Source: a virus
IMG/VR virus record: IMGVR_UViG_3300032087_002469
Direction: 5' to 3' (one strand)
DNA: 26,332 bases
In this document: positions 1 through 8,366 of the stretch, piece by piece
How positions within the stretch are numbered: the first letter of the stretch is position 1
Layout: every line of letters starts with the position of its first letter
The notes under the pieces: generated by a model
What the model saw: the letters and a program-made list of their open reading frames with translations, nothing else
What the model was told of the DNA's origin: nothing
The model's database searches: none
Position numbers and translations under genes: made by a program

Positions 1-84
1 CATCCCTACATATACTCTCTACTAACCATACATATTTTTTTCCTTTGGGGCGTCTTGCATCTAATTTCAACAGGAGAACTATAA

Positions 85-339
85 ATGAGTAATAAAGATA
101 TGTTTGATGAAGCTTTTCCTCAAGATAAGCAAATAGGAGGATCCCATTATCAAAAATTTGTTATCCAACCATGGACTTTTATCAGAAGAAATGCCTTGAA
201 TCCTTTTCAAGCAAATGTAATAAAGTATGTCTGTAGATATTTAACAAAAGGTAAGACAATCGAAGACATAAATAAAATAAAACATTACTGTGATTTGGAG
301 ATAGAACATTTAAAAAATGAAAAAAAATATAAAGTGTGA
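85..339 (+). CDS. DUF3310-like small phage protein (nucleotide kinase-like annotation in many phages)
   Basis: ORF 84 aa with GGSHYQK..IQPW.FI..N.L..FQ.NVIKYVCRY.TKG pattern; upstream AGGAG RBS. Confidence 0.8.
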   Translation: MSNKDMFDEAFPQDKQIGGSHYQKFVIQPWTFIRRNALNPFQANVIKYVCRYLTKGKTIEDINKIKHYCDLEIEHLKNEKKYKV

Positions 340-481
340 ATACAAAGGTTGTAAAAAAAAAGCTATTGTTGTAGAAAACAAACAATTTTATTGTGCAGAT
401 TGTTATTTATTTGCAAAAGGAATTAATTTACGTAAAGTAAGGTCAATACACGATACAAATAATAGCCAACAAATTCATTAA
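317..481 (+). CDS. Small 4-Cys putative zinc-ribbon protein (54 aa), absent from the ORF track
   Basis: Hand translation MKKNIKCEYKGCKKKAIVVENKQFYCADCYLFAKGINLRKVRSIHDTNNSQQIH*; CxxxxC...CxxC; stop overlaps the polymerase ATG (TAATG). Confidence 0.6.
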   Translation: MKKNIKCEYKGCKKKAIVVENKQFYCADCYLFAKGINLRKVRSIHDTNNSQQIH

Positions 482-2355
482 TGACTACTGAGTTAGTATT
501 TAATCAAACAGAATCGGATTGGAAAAGACCAGAAAGTTATCCTGACTTATCTGATAGATCTATTATAGCAGTAGATTTAGAAACAAGAGATCCTAATATT
601 AAAACTAAAGGACCAGGATGGGCTACTAAAGACGGTGAAGTAGTAGGAATAGCTGTAGCTGCAGATGGTTTTAAAGGTTACTTTCCTATAGCTCATGAAG
701 CGGGTGGTAATATGGATAAGGCCATGACTTTAAAATGGTATAAAAAATTAATGGAGAATGGTGTAGATAAAGTTTGTCACAATGCTTCATATGATATTGG
801 TTGGACAAAATCTTTAGGTATAAAACCTACAGGTAAAATTTATGATACGATGATAGCTGGTGCGTTAATTAACGAGGATAGATTTAGTTATTCTTTAAAT
901 GCGTTGTCATTCGATTATTTAGGAGAAGTAAAATCAGAAGCTCAGTTAAGAGAAAAGGCAGAAGAGTGGGGACTTGATGCTAAAGCAGATATGTGGAGAC
1001 TACCTGCAGGTTATGTGGGTCCTTATGCAGAGCAAGATGCTGAACTTACATTAAAACTTTGGAACAGATTTAAAATAGAAATACAACAACAAAACTTATC
1101 TAATATATTTAATCTAGAAACTGAACTACAACCTATCTTAATTGAAATGAGAGAACACGGTATCAAGGTTGATGTTAGTAAAGCAGATTCATTAAAGAAA
1201 AATTTTATACAAGAAGAAAATAAAAGATTAAAACAAATAAAAGATATGAGTGGCCATGACGTAGAGATATGGGCAGCAGTTAGTGTGGCGAAAGCTTTTG
1301 ATAAATTAAAAATTCCGTATGAAAGAACTGCAAAGACTAAGGCTCCAAGCTTTACAACTAATTGGTTGCACAACTGTCCTCACCCACTAGCTAAACTTAT
1401 TAGAGAAACTAGAGAAATGAATAAATTTCACTCTACATTTATTGATTCGATATTAAGATATGAACATAAAGGTAGAATTCATGCAGAAATTAATCAGTTA
1501 AAATCAGACTCTGGAGGCACTGCTACAGGTAGATTGTCTATGAGTAACCCTAATTTACAACAGATTCCTGCTAGAAATAAGGAGTTTGGTAAGCATATTA
1601 GAGCCCTTTTCTTGCCTGATGAGGGTAAAAAGTGGGGTAGCTTTGATTATAGCCAACAAGAGCCTAGACTGGTGGTACACTATGCATCTAGCGTTGATCA
1701 GGGTTTTGAGGGCTCCTATGAGCTTTTAAAGGCATATGAAAACGATGATGCAGACTTTCACCAGGTTGTAGCAGAAATGGCTGATATACCTAGATCTCAG
1801 GCTAAAACGATCAATTTAGGTATGTTTTATGGTATGGGAAAGGCTAAATTATCTGCAGAATTAGGTATAGATATTGAACAGGCTAAAGCTATCTTGAATG
1901 CCTACAACGAAAGGGTTCCTTTTGTTAAGATGTTATCTAATAGATGTATGACCACAGCTGATAAGAAAGGTTGTGTTGTAACTATTAAAGGAAGACATTG
2001 TAGATTTGATAGATGGGAACCTAAGACTTTTGGTATCCATAAATCTATGACTAGAGAAGAAGCTGAAAGTAAATACGAAAGAGGTTCGATTAAAAGAGCT
2101 ATGACTTATAAAGCATTAAACAGATTGATACAGGGTTCAGCAGCAGACCAGACTAAACAAGCAATGATTAATTGTTATAACACCGGCCACCGGCCACTAC
2201 TGCAAATACACGATGAACTTTGTTTTAATATTGGTAAAGATTCTGACATAGAAGAAATAAAAAATGAAATGGAACATTGTTTAGATGATGTGCCCCTTAA
2301 AGTGCCTAGCAAGGTAGATCTTGCTATGGGTATAAACTGGGGCGAGGCCACTTAA
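481..2355 (+). CDS. Family A DNA polymerase with 3'-5' exonuclease domain
   Basis: Exo motif IAVDLETRD; motif A WGSFDYSQQEPR; motif B RSQAKTINLGMFYG; motif C QIHDELCF. Confidence 0.97.
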   Translation: MTTELVFNQTESDWKRPESYPDLSDRSIIAVDLETRDPNIKTKGPGWATKDGEVVGIAVAADGFKGYFPIAHEAGGNMDKAMTLKWYKKLMENGVDKVCHNASYDIGWTKSLGIKPTGKIYDTMIAGALINEDRFSYSLNALSFDYLGEVKSEAQLREKAEEWGLDAKADMWRLPAGYVGPYAEQDAELTLKLWNRFKIEIQQQNLSNIFNLETELQPILIEMREHGIKVDVSKADSLKKNFIQEENKRLKQIKDMSGHDVEIWAAVSVAKAFDKLKIPYERTAKTKAPSFTTNWLHNCPHPLAKLIRETREMNKFHSTFIDSILRYEHKGRIHAEINQLKSDSGGTATGRLSMSNPNLQQIPARNKEFGKHIRALFLPDEGKKWGSFDYSQQEPRLVVHYASSVDQGFEGSYELLKAYENDDADFHQVVAEMADIPRSQAKTINLGMFYGMGKAKLSAELGIDIEQAKAILNAYNERVPFVKMLSNRCMTTADKKGCVVTIKGRHCRFDRWEPKTFGIHKSMTREEAESKYERGSIKRAMTYKALNRLIQGSAADQTKQAMINCYNTGHRPLLQIHDELCFNIGKDSDIEEIKNEMEHCLDDVPLKVPSKVDLAMGINWGEAT

Positions 2356-2543
2356 TGGCTATCAAAATAAATGAATTAGCTTTAGGTAAATGTCCACATT
2401 GCGATACAGTTACAACTTTCCTGCCTACAAAAAAGTCTACTATTTATATTTGTGAATATTGTGATAACAAAGTTAAGCAACATGTAAATGGTAAGGTACA
2501 TTGGTATAAATTTAGTGAAGTACCACTAGGTAAATTTGATTAA
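2355..2543 (+). CDS. Small zinc-ribbon-like protein
   Basis: 62 aa, CPHC...CEYC; TAATG coupling to the polymerase. Confidence 0.7.
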   Translation: MAIKINELALGKCPHCDTVTTFLPTKKSTIYICEYCDNKVKQHVNGKVHWYKFSEVPLGKFD

Positions 2544-2767
2544 TGAAGGCTTTTGTCTAATCTAGGTTTTTTTATTTTATTATCTTTTAATTTTAAATCT
2601 TCACAAATATCATTAAACAAATGCCACAAACCTATTTCTATTTTTTTTAATTTAGAAAAGCCTCCTTTAAACATAGCACTTTTGGTAAGTAGATCTTCAA
2701 GAGCCTTAACTTCTTGAACACTTAAAAAAACTTTTATACCTTTAACCTTAACTTTTTTTTGGGACAT
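2540..2767 (-). CDS. Hypothetical small protein
   Basis: 75 aa ORF, convergent with the upstream + gene with 4-nt tail overlap; member of a minus-strand cluster. Confidence 0.6.
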   Translation of the reverse strand: MSQKKVKVKGIKVFLSVQEVKALEDLLTKSAMFKGGFSKLKKIEIGLWHLFNDICEDLKLKDNKIKKPRLDKSLH

Positions 2768-2811
2768 GAATAGCCTAGGATTTTATACGAAAAATAAAAA
2801 TATTGCTAGTG

Positions 2812-3000
2812 TTAGCTAGCTATATCTAAAAGACCACTTTGTGCGTCTTTAACACTTTGATCATTGATCTTAACTCTAAGTTCTTTGATCTTTATGTCGA
2901 TCCACTTCATATCAGGAGTTACTCTGCCCTGTGACAGTGCCTGATTCGCCCATTTGGACTCCAACTGAAGTTTCTCCGAGATTAACTTTTGTAGTGCCAT
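2812..3000 (-). CDS. Hypothetical small coiled-coil-like protein
   Basis: 62 aa; minus-strand RBS GAGGAGG upstream of ATG. Confidence 0.65.
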   Translation of the reverse strand: MALQKLISEKLQLESKWANQALSQGRVTPDMKWIDIKIKELRVKINDQSVKDAQSGLLDIAS

Positions 3001-3190
3001 CTCTTTTAACCTCCTCTAAGGTTAAGAAAAGTATATCTGGATTATGAAATCCAGGACCTTCCTTTTCGGTTAACTGCTCTGAATCATAACTCTCACTAAA
3101 AGATTCTAAAGCAGCTTTATCATTCTCAGCTTCTACATTTTCATCCAAATAAACGTTTTTGTAGTTAGCTTGGATACGATAAAGTTTCAT
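2912..3190 (-). CDS. Hypothetical protein overlapping the next gene by 89 nt
   Basis: 92 aa ORF, MKLYRIQANYKNVYLDENVEAEND... Confidence 0.65.
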   Translation of the reverse strand: MKLYRIQANYKNVYLDENVEAENDKAALESFSESYDSEQLTEKEGPGFHNPDILFLTLEEVKRDGTTKVNLGETSVGVQMGESGTVTGQSNS

Positions 3191-3265
3191 GAGACAATCT
3201 TATCAAATAAATTGCAAAAATGCAACGTGTCAAGAGGGGCAAAAAACGTTGAAAACCTTAGTTTT

Positions 3266-3478
3266 TTACGTAATTGTGGTAGGATTGCAATAGAATTTTG
3301 TATAAATTTGTTCTTCATTTATAATTTTTTCATCTAAACCTTTTAAAAATTCTAAACTTTTTGAATAGCCGTCAAGAGTACACTTGCTATACTCTTCATA
3401 ACCTGGGTTAATTTTTATAGGAGGCATGCAGGTAGAACTGATTATACTGCATATTTGTATCATTAAAATAAATTTCAT
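3266..3478 (-). CDS. Small secreted or membrane-anchored hypothetical protein
   Basis: 70 aa with hydrophobic Cys-containing N-terminus MKFILMIQICSIISSTC. Confidence 0.6.
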   Translation of the reverse strand: MKFILMIQICSIISSTCMPPIKINPGYEEYSKCTLDGYSKSLEFLKGLDEKIINEEQIYTKFYCNPTTIT

Positions 3479-3485
3479 ATTAATC

Positions 3486-3516
3486 TTGACCTATCTTATT
3501 TATCATCTATATAGAT
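3486..3516 (+). promoter_or_regulatory. Predicted sigma70-like promoter overlapping a palindrome
   Basis: TTGACC (3486-3491), 16 nt spacer, TATATA (3508-3513); ATCTATATAGAT palindrome 3505-3516 in a divergent intergenic region. Confidence 0.5.
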
Positions 3517-3559
3517 AAGATAAATAATTATAAATATTAACTATTATACAGGAGATGTC

Positions 3560-3841
3560 ATGAAGAGTAAAAGTAGAACCTTTTTTAATCTTGTCAAAGA
3601 AGTAGATGAGATATTAGGTAAAATACATTCTAAAGATTCTAATGGCCAACCTATACACCCAGGTACAGATCATTGGAATGAAACTAGAGATAGACTTATG
3701 TCAGTTAAGATAGGAGGTGTAACTAGATTTACTACTTATCCAATTAATTGGAGTATGTCTGAACACTTAATACTTGATGAGTTATGTAGTAGAAAAGAAG
3801 TGCATGAAGATCATATACAGCTTAGAAAGGATATGGAATAA
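3560..3841 (+). CDS. Hypothetical protein
   Basis: 93 aa ORF, upstream CAGGAG RBS. Confidence 0.7.
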   Translation: MKSKSRTFFNLVKEVDEILGKIHSKDSNGQPIHPGTDHWNETRDRLMSVKIGGVTRFTTYPINWSMSEHLILDELCSRKEVHEDHIQLRKDME

Positions 3842-3954
3842 TGGGTGATCATATCACATTAGCAATTATTGCTTTGTTTATTTTATTTTTTCCTAAACTG
3901 TTTATAGGAACTATAGCTGTAATTGTTGCATTTTTTATGGGAGTAACAATTTAA
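3841..3954 (+). CDS. Hydrophobic small membrane protein (37 aa), absent from track
   Basis: MGDHITLAIIALFILFFPKLFIGTIAVIVAFFMGVTI*; TAATG coupling on both sides. Confidence 0.55.
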   Translation: MGDHITLAIIALFILFFPKLFIGTIAVIVAFFMGVTI

Positions 3955-4127
3955 TGGATTGGAAAGATAAACAATACGCAGCGATTACTAGATTAAGTAA
4001 AAGAAAAGGATGGGATTTTAGTGACAACAATCCATACTTTGAAAGAGCTTATATAGTATTACCAAATCCAAAAATAACAACTAAATTACAAATGAAGAAG
4101 GAGTTAAAAAAACATGGATATAGATAA
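3954..4127 (+). CDS. Hypothetical small protein (57 aa), absent from track
   Basis: MDWKDKQYAAITRLSKRKGWDFSDNNPYFERAYIVLPNPKITTKLQMKKELKKHGYR*; overlapping start/stops with neighbours. Confidence 0.55.
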   Translation: MDWKDKQYAAITRLSKRKGWDFSDNNPYFERAYIVLPNPKITTKLQMKKELKKHGYR

Positions 4128-4317
4128 ATGGAAATCAGTAGCAGTTAAAAAAGATACACACACATTACTCACAGCTCTTTGTAATGAAAAGGAACGTAAC
4201 CCAGCTAGGATGATATCTAAATTAGTAAAAGATTATGCAGAATTTCAAGCAAAGAAAAAAGGTATGCCTGCTGAAAAGTATATTGCAACTTTGTTGAAAA
4301 AGAATGCGAATAAATAG
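4114..4317 (+). CDS. Hypothetical small protein
   Basis: 67 aa ORF in a tightly packed cluster. Confidence 0.6.
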   Translation: MDIDKWKSVAVKKDTHTLLTALCNEKERNPARMISKLVKDYAEFQAKKKGMPAEKYIATLLKKNANK

Positions 4318-4804
4318 AGATAAGTTAAATTGTATAGATAAAGAAACAACAGTTGATATTTCTTTAAATAATAATCCTGGATTGTATTTTTTATTTAACG
4401 ATGATTACAAATTAATTTACATTGGAGAAAGTAAAACTCCTTTGTCTAGAGTGTTAGATCATTATTCCAGAAGTTATGAAGGTAGTAAAACCAAAAAAGG
4501 TATTGGTCCTGTGTTTACATATTTTAGAATTATATTATTAAATAATGAAGAAATAAAAGTTAGACAACATTACGAAAAACGTTTTATTAAAAGATATAAT
4601 CCAGAAATAAATCATGGATCTAACAGAGCTCCTTATAATCTTACTTGTAGAGAAATAAAAGCTCACATAATCATACATCAACAGTTTTTTAAAAACCTAT
4701 CTTGGTATAGATACATAAATGATGAAGTATTAAAAAAATTAGATGATGGAAGAGCTCATAAAAGAAAATTAAGAAGAATTAATTATTTAAAATTTGGTAG
4801 ATGA
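4304..4804 (+). CDS. GIY-YIG nuclease domain protein
   Basis: GLYFLF...KLIYIGES...RVLDHY...E..IKRYNPEINHG pattern. Confidence 0.75.
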   Translation: MRINRDKLNCIDKETTVDISLNNNPGLYFLFNDDYKLIYIGESKTPLSRVLDHYSRSYEGSKTKKGIGPVFTYFRIILLNNEEIKVRQHYEKRFIKRYNPEINHGSNRAPYNLTCREIKAHIIIHQQFFKNLSWYRYINDEVLKKLDDGRAHKRKLRRINYLKFGR

Positions 4805-5109
4805 AAAAGACTTTATTAAAAATAAATAACATGAAACGATTTTGCAGATGGCTAGATCAAACAGGAGTCCATTTAGAAATTATACGAACACTGACTACTC
4901 ACCCATGGATGATGTCATGGAAGGAAAGATCTGGGATAGAAAAAAGATTAAAACAAACTAGAGACCGTGATTATTTTTGTTTTCATAGAGCAAAAAATAG
5001 ATTAAAATGGAGAAACGTTTACACACGTTTTCATCATTACGAAAAATCACAGGAGTTATTAATATATGTTAAAAAAAGATATGCCCGGAAAAAGAATAAG
5101 AAAATCTAA
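4801..5109 (+). CDS. Hypothetical basic protein
   Basis: 102 aa ORF, 4-nt overlap with upstream gene. Confidence 0.6.
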   Translation: MKKTLLKINNMKRFCRWLDQTGVHLEIIRTLTTHPWMMSWKERSGIEKRLKQTRDRDYFCFHRAKNRLKWRNVYTRFHHYEKSQELLIYVKKRYARKKNKKI

Positions 5110-5335
5110 TTTAGAATCAGCACTAGAAATATTAGCACACAAGCTAGATGCTAGAGAATATTCTAAAGTTACTTCAATCATGTCTATGTTATTTATAGGA
5201 CACCAGTTTGATTTAACTTCAGATGGCTTTGAATTTATTAACTTAGCGATAAAAATTAAGAAAGAAGCGCATAAAAAAACGTTTAAAAAAGCTTTACATA
5301 ACAATGTTATTCGGTTAAAACCGAAATCGTCTTAG
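5066..5335 (+). CDS. Hypothetical protein
   Basis: 89 aa ORF; internal start near MPGKRIRKSNLESALEILAHKL possible. Confidence 0.6.
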   Translation: MLKKDMPGKRIRKSNLESALEILAHKLDAREYSKVTSIMSMLFIGHQFDLTSDGFEFINLAIKIKKEAHKKTFKKALHNNVIRLKPKSS

Positions 5336-5375
5336 GCATAAGACACAACTCTCTTTTTTTAGTTAATATAGAGTG

Positions 5376-5410
5376 AGAGGGTAGTGAACGGGAGACTGTA
5401 GCTACCCTCT
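5376..5410 (+). promoter_or_regulatory. Intergenic stem-loop AGAGGGTAG...CTACCCTCT
   Basis: Perfect 9-bp inverted repeat (5376-5384 / 5402-5410) followed by TTTG, immediately before a promoter-like sequence. Confidence 0.5.
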
Positions 5411-5420
5411 TTGAACACCC

Positions 5421-5449
5421 TTGACTTTAACTTTAATACAACATATTCG
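5421..5449 (+). promoter_or_regulatory. Predicted sigma70-like promoter
   Basis: TTGACT, 17 nt, TATTCG between a stem-loop and the CDS at 5470. Confidence 0.45.
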
Positions 5450-5469
5450 TGTATGTATGGAGCTACTAC

Positions 5470-5901
5470 ATGAACATATCATCAAAGATTCTAAAAATTA
5501 TGGGCTTAAATATAGCTGAAAAATTGATAGAAGATAATCCTAATCCTGACATACGTATATGGCGTGCTGTCATTTCCCTTGCTCTAGAAGATGTAATGAT
5601 TACGAACCAGAATAGAACTGAATCTGTTCTAAAAGGAGATGCACATGACTGGTTCTGTAGTAACAGTGAAGACTTTAATATGGTATGCTTTCAGGCAGAA
5701 CTAGAGCCTAAATGGGTTAGAATGAGGTATTTAGATGCTTTAGAGAAAGGTGTAATTAAGTTTACACGTAAGCAAAATTTGAATATAAAGTATACTAGAG
5801 AATATGAAAAACTTAGAGCAGCAACCGATAAAGATCAGAGACGCAAACACAACAAAATTATTGATCAATTGCGGAAAGCTATATTTGAATGCACCGATTA
5901 A
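5470..5901 (+). CDS. Hypothetical phage protein (track start 5449 probably too long)
   Basis: Internal ATG at 5470 has GGAG at 5459-5462; upstream -10 at 5444-5449 argues against the 5449 start. Confidence 0.65.
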   Translation: MNISSKILKIMGLNIAEKLIEDNPNPDIRIWRAVISLALEDVMITNQNRTESVLKGDAHDWFCSNSEDFNMVCFQAELEPKWVRMRYLDALEKGVIKFTRKQNLNIKYTREYEKLRAATDKDQRRKHNKIIDQLRKAIFECTD

Positions 5902-5964
5902 TTCATTAGATCGTAATTTCTATAAATTTTTATTTAAAAAATTAAAGTCGAGGTTTTATAACTG

Positions 5965-6114
5965 ATGATGACTACAGCTGACTGCGAACGTTTAGAAAAA
6001 TATTTGAAAGAGATTAGAAAAAGAAAAGATTACGAAACAGAACGAATGGAAGAAAAACAACGGCCACAGGACACCAGGCCTAAAGTCCACACATCCCCTC
6101 ACACTCCTGATTAA
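5965..6114 (+). CDS. Small charged hypothetical protein (49 aa), absent from track
   Basis: MMTTADCERLEKYLKEIRKRKDYETERMEEKQRPQDTRPKVHTSPHTPD*. Confidence 0.35.
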   Translation: MMTTADCERLEKYLKEIRKRKDYETERMEEKQRPQDTRPKVHTSPHTPD

Positions 6115-6970
6115 ATAAATCAGCCTGACCATCATTTTTAAATTTAACTTCATCTAGTGGTACACAAGATCTGTGTACAAAGTTTTTTACTTTGGGATTA
6201 TGTTTACGCATTTCCTTATCAAAGAATACAGCTTCTTTAAACTCATTAGGTCTATTGTCTCTCATGTCTATCCAGAAGTTATCGTCATGAAACGGACACC
6301 CGATACAGGCAGATTTGACAGGTACATTGAATCCTTTACCTTCATACCAATCCAAGCAGTGTTGTCTTGTCATTTTCTTTTCTAGCAATGGCCATCTATT
6401 TTCTTGCCACCAAAATCTAGAAGGTTTCATACGCACAACTTCATCCATAGATATACCAATCCATACCTCTACCCATTGATTCTTTTTCATTTTCTGTCTA
6501 GGTTTGTATCCCATAATTTCTCTAATTTTTTTAGCAATGGGAGTTATTTTATATTCACGGGTGCACTGTCTACGACCCATACCTTTTTTACCTTGATCGT
6601 TCAATGTGTAGAATGGTGCTGAAGCGAATTGATTACCGCCAGGCGCTAGTGCTTTTAAAATATCTTTGTCGAGGTCGCCTTTTTTAGTGATATAGACAGG
6701 ATATGATAATTTTGTTTTAAGATAGTTTAGATGATCTATTACTGTAGAAGGTTCCCAACCTGTGTCTGCGAATACGGCTGCGTCTGGTTTAACTCCGAAG
6801 GCACCTTGATCTGCCATCAAGGCCATAGTGCTTGATTGCACTCCTGCACCTAACGAAAGTATTCTTATTGTGGGTTCTTTGTCTCTGATTATCATTTGTG
6901 ACACCATTTTTATAGGTTTTACGCTATTTGTCAATCTATATAAGATATTTCTAAGTAAAACACTCGACAC
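6080..6970 (-). CDS. PAPS reductase / adenine nucleotide alpha-hydrolase family-like protein
   Basis: ILSLGAGVQSSTMALMADQG PP-loop-like motif, FADTGWEP, CxxC/CIGCPFH cysteines; true start probably internal (6907 or 6895). Confidence 0.75.
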   Translation of the reverse strand: MSSVLLRNILYRLTNSVKPIKMVSQMIIRDKEPTIRILSLGAGVQSSTMALMADQGAFGVKPDAAVFADTGWEPSTVIDHLNYLKTKLSYPVYITKKGDLDKDILKALAPGGNQFASAPFYTLNDQGKKGMGRRQCTREYKITPIAKKIREIMGYKPRQKMKKNQWVEVWIGISMDEVVRMKPSRFWWQENRWPLLEKKMTRQHCLDWYEGKGFNVPVKSACIGCPFHDDNFWIDMRDNRPNEFKEAVFFDKEMRKHNPKVKNFVHRSCVPLDEVKFKNDGQADLFNQECEGMCGL

Positions 6971-6992
6971 AGGCTCCCAGAATGTCTGACAC

Positions 6993-7096
6993 TTGTGACA
7001 TAGACCTCTTTTTAGACTATTTACATTGATATTACTTACTTATTTGATGTCACAACCACTTTTATTCTGTGACATACACTGACATTAGTGACACTA
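6993..7096. promoter_or_regulatory. Cluster of TGTGACA-like repeats in a divergent intergenic region
   Basis: TTGTGACAT 6993-7001 (+), ATGTCACAA 7047-7055 (inverted), CTGTGACATA 7067-7076 (+), TAGTGACACTA 7086-7096 (palindrome). Confidence 0.45.
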
Positions 7097-7164
7097 GACC
7101 ACTTGTGGACAAAAGACCTAAACTTGGATACAGTCTTAATTGAGTTAAAAATATCTTATTGAGA

Positions 7165-7659
7165 ATGGCTGGAAAAAAGAACACTATAAAAACGATGCAT
7201 GATTTGACTGCAAAACAAAGAAAGTTTGTAGACATCTACGTGGCAAATTTTGGTTTGATAAGCAAGACCGAAGCAGCTAAACAAGCTGGATACATTGCTA
7301 AGGATCCACACACCATTGCATCAAAATTAACTAATCCAAACAGAAACCCACATGTTGTAAGATATTTAGAGAAGAGATTAGCTGTTGAAAGAAACAAGTA
7401 TGCTAATCCGTTACGTTCACATAAAAGATTCGAAAGATTTGGTGATGACGCTGCAAAGAAAAATCAATTTGCATCTGCAATTAATGCTGAATATAGATCT
7501 GGTCAATTAGCAGGAATGTTTGTTGACAAGAAAGAAATAACTAACAACACTCTGGAGGGTATGTCTCGTGAACAACTTGAGAAGCGCTTATCTGAACTCG
7601 AATCAAAGATCGGTGAAGCGAAGAACATCATTAACGTTACGCCAACAGAGGATAGTTAA
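7165..7659 (+). CDS. Terminase small-subunit-like protein
   Basis: LTAKQRKFVDIYV.NF...TEAAKQAGY motif typical of terminase_2-like small subunits; start refined from 7159 to ATG 7165. Confidence 0.75.
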   Translation: MAGKKNTIKTMHDLTAKQRKFVDIYVANFGLISKTEAAKQAGYIAKDPHTIASKLTNPNRNPHVVRYLEKRLAVERNKYANPLRSHKRFERFGDDAAKKNQFASAINAEYRSGQLAGMFVDKKEITNNTLEGMSREQLEKRLSELESKIGEAKNIINVTPTEDS

Positions 7660-7672
7660 AACAGGTGATTGG

Positions 7673-7822
7673 ATGATTGTATTCAATGAAATACATAATT
7701 CACATTTGTCTATGAATGTAGGACAAGTTAATGTAAAAACAGATAACAAAAGAACTTATAGTCATAAAAAAGATCATGGTAATGATATGACATACGAGAA
7801 TGAATTTAAGGTAAACAAATGA
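7673..7822 (+). CDS. Hypothetical small protein
   Basis: Trimmed from track ORF 7568-7822, whose N-terminus lies inside the terminase gene. Confidence 0.4.
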   Translation: MIVFNEIHNSHLSMNVGQVNVKTDNKRTYSHKKDHGNDMTYENEFKVNK

Positions 7823-8145
7823 ATAAATATAAAATAGGTAAGACATATAAAAAAACAATTCCTTTGAATACTAAAAAATTAGGAACAAAAATAAAGGATT
7901 ATCCTTTTGTAGAAATATCATGGTTGGATATCGAAGGTAATGCCGGTTGGTCTGATACTAAATCACTTAATAAAGAAAAGTTACCAGTTTGTGTTTCTAA
8001 AGGTTATCTCGTATCACAGTTAAAAGGTGTGACTAGAATATTTACTGATTACATCAAAGCCAAAGAAGGAGACACCTTTGAGAATATTGGTAATACAACT
8101 ATAATCCCAACATCAGTTATACAATCTATAAAAATATTACACTAA
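7819..8145 (+). CDS. Hypothetical protein
   Basis: 108 aa ORF. Confidence 0.65.
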   Translation: MNKYKIGKTYKKTIPLNTKKLGTKIKDYPFVEISWLDIEGNAGWSDTKSLNKEKLPVCVSKGYLVSQLKGVTRIFTDYIKAKEGDTFENIGNTTIIPTSVIQSIKILH

Positions 8146-8351
8146 TGGATCTAATCATCTTACAAGATGGACTGTATGAGCTTATACCTGCAACAAAGGA
8201 AATGTTTGTAGATGCAATATTACCTGAAGTCGTAGATTGTTTTAGCTTGTGCGATATTATACGAGAAATGCATACAACTTACATAGAAAGCATAAATAAA
8301 TACGTTATGAAGGACAGTGGAGCGTATTTTTATGGGTGTCTTTGTAACTAA
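8145..8351 (+). CDS. Hypothetical protein
   Basis: 68 aa ORF, overlapping start with upstream stop. Confidence 0.6.
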   Translation: MDLIILQDGLYELIPATKEMFVDAILPEVVDCFSLCDIIREMHTTYIESINKYVMKDSGAYFYGCLCN

Positions 8352-8366
8352 CTTGTCTTATATCAA

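Noticed and set aside
1023-1373. Minus-strand ORF inside DNA polymerase
   Set aside because: Antisense shadow of a strongly supported CDS.
6173-6622. Plus-strand ORFs opposite the PAPS-reductase-like gene
   Set aside because: Low-complexity shadow frames with no RBS, opposite a recognisable protein.
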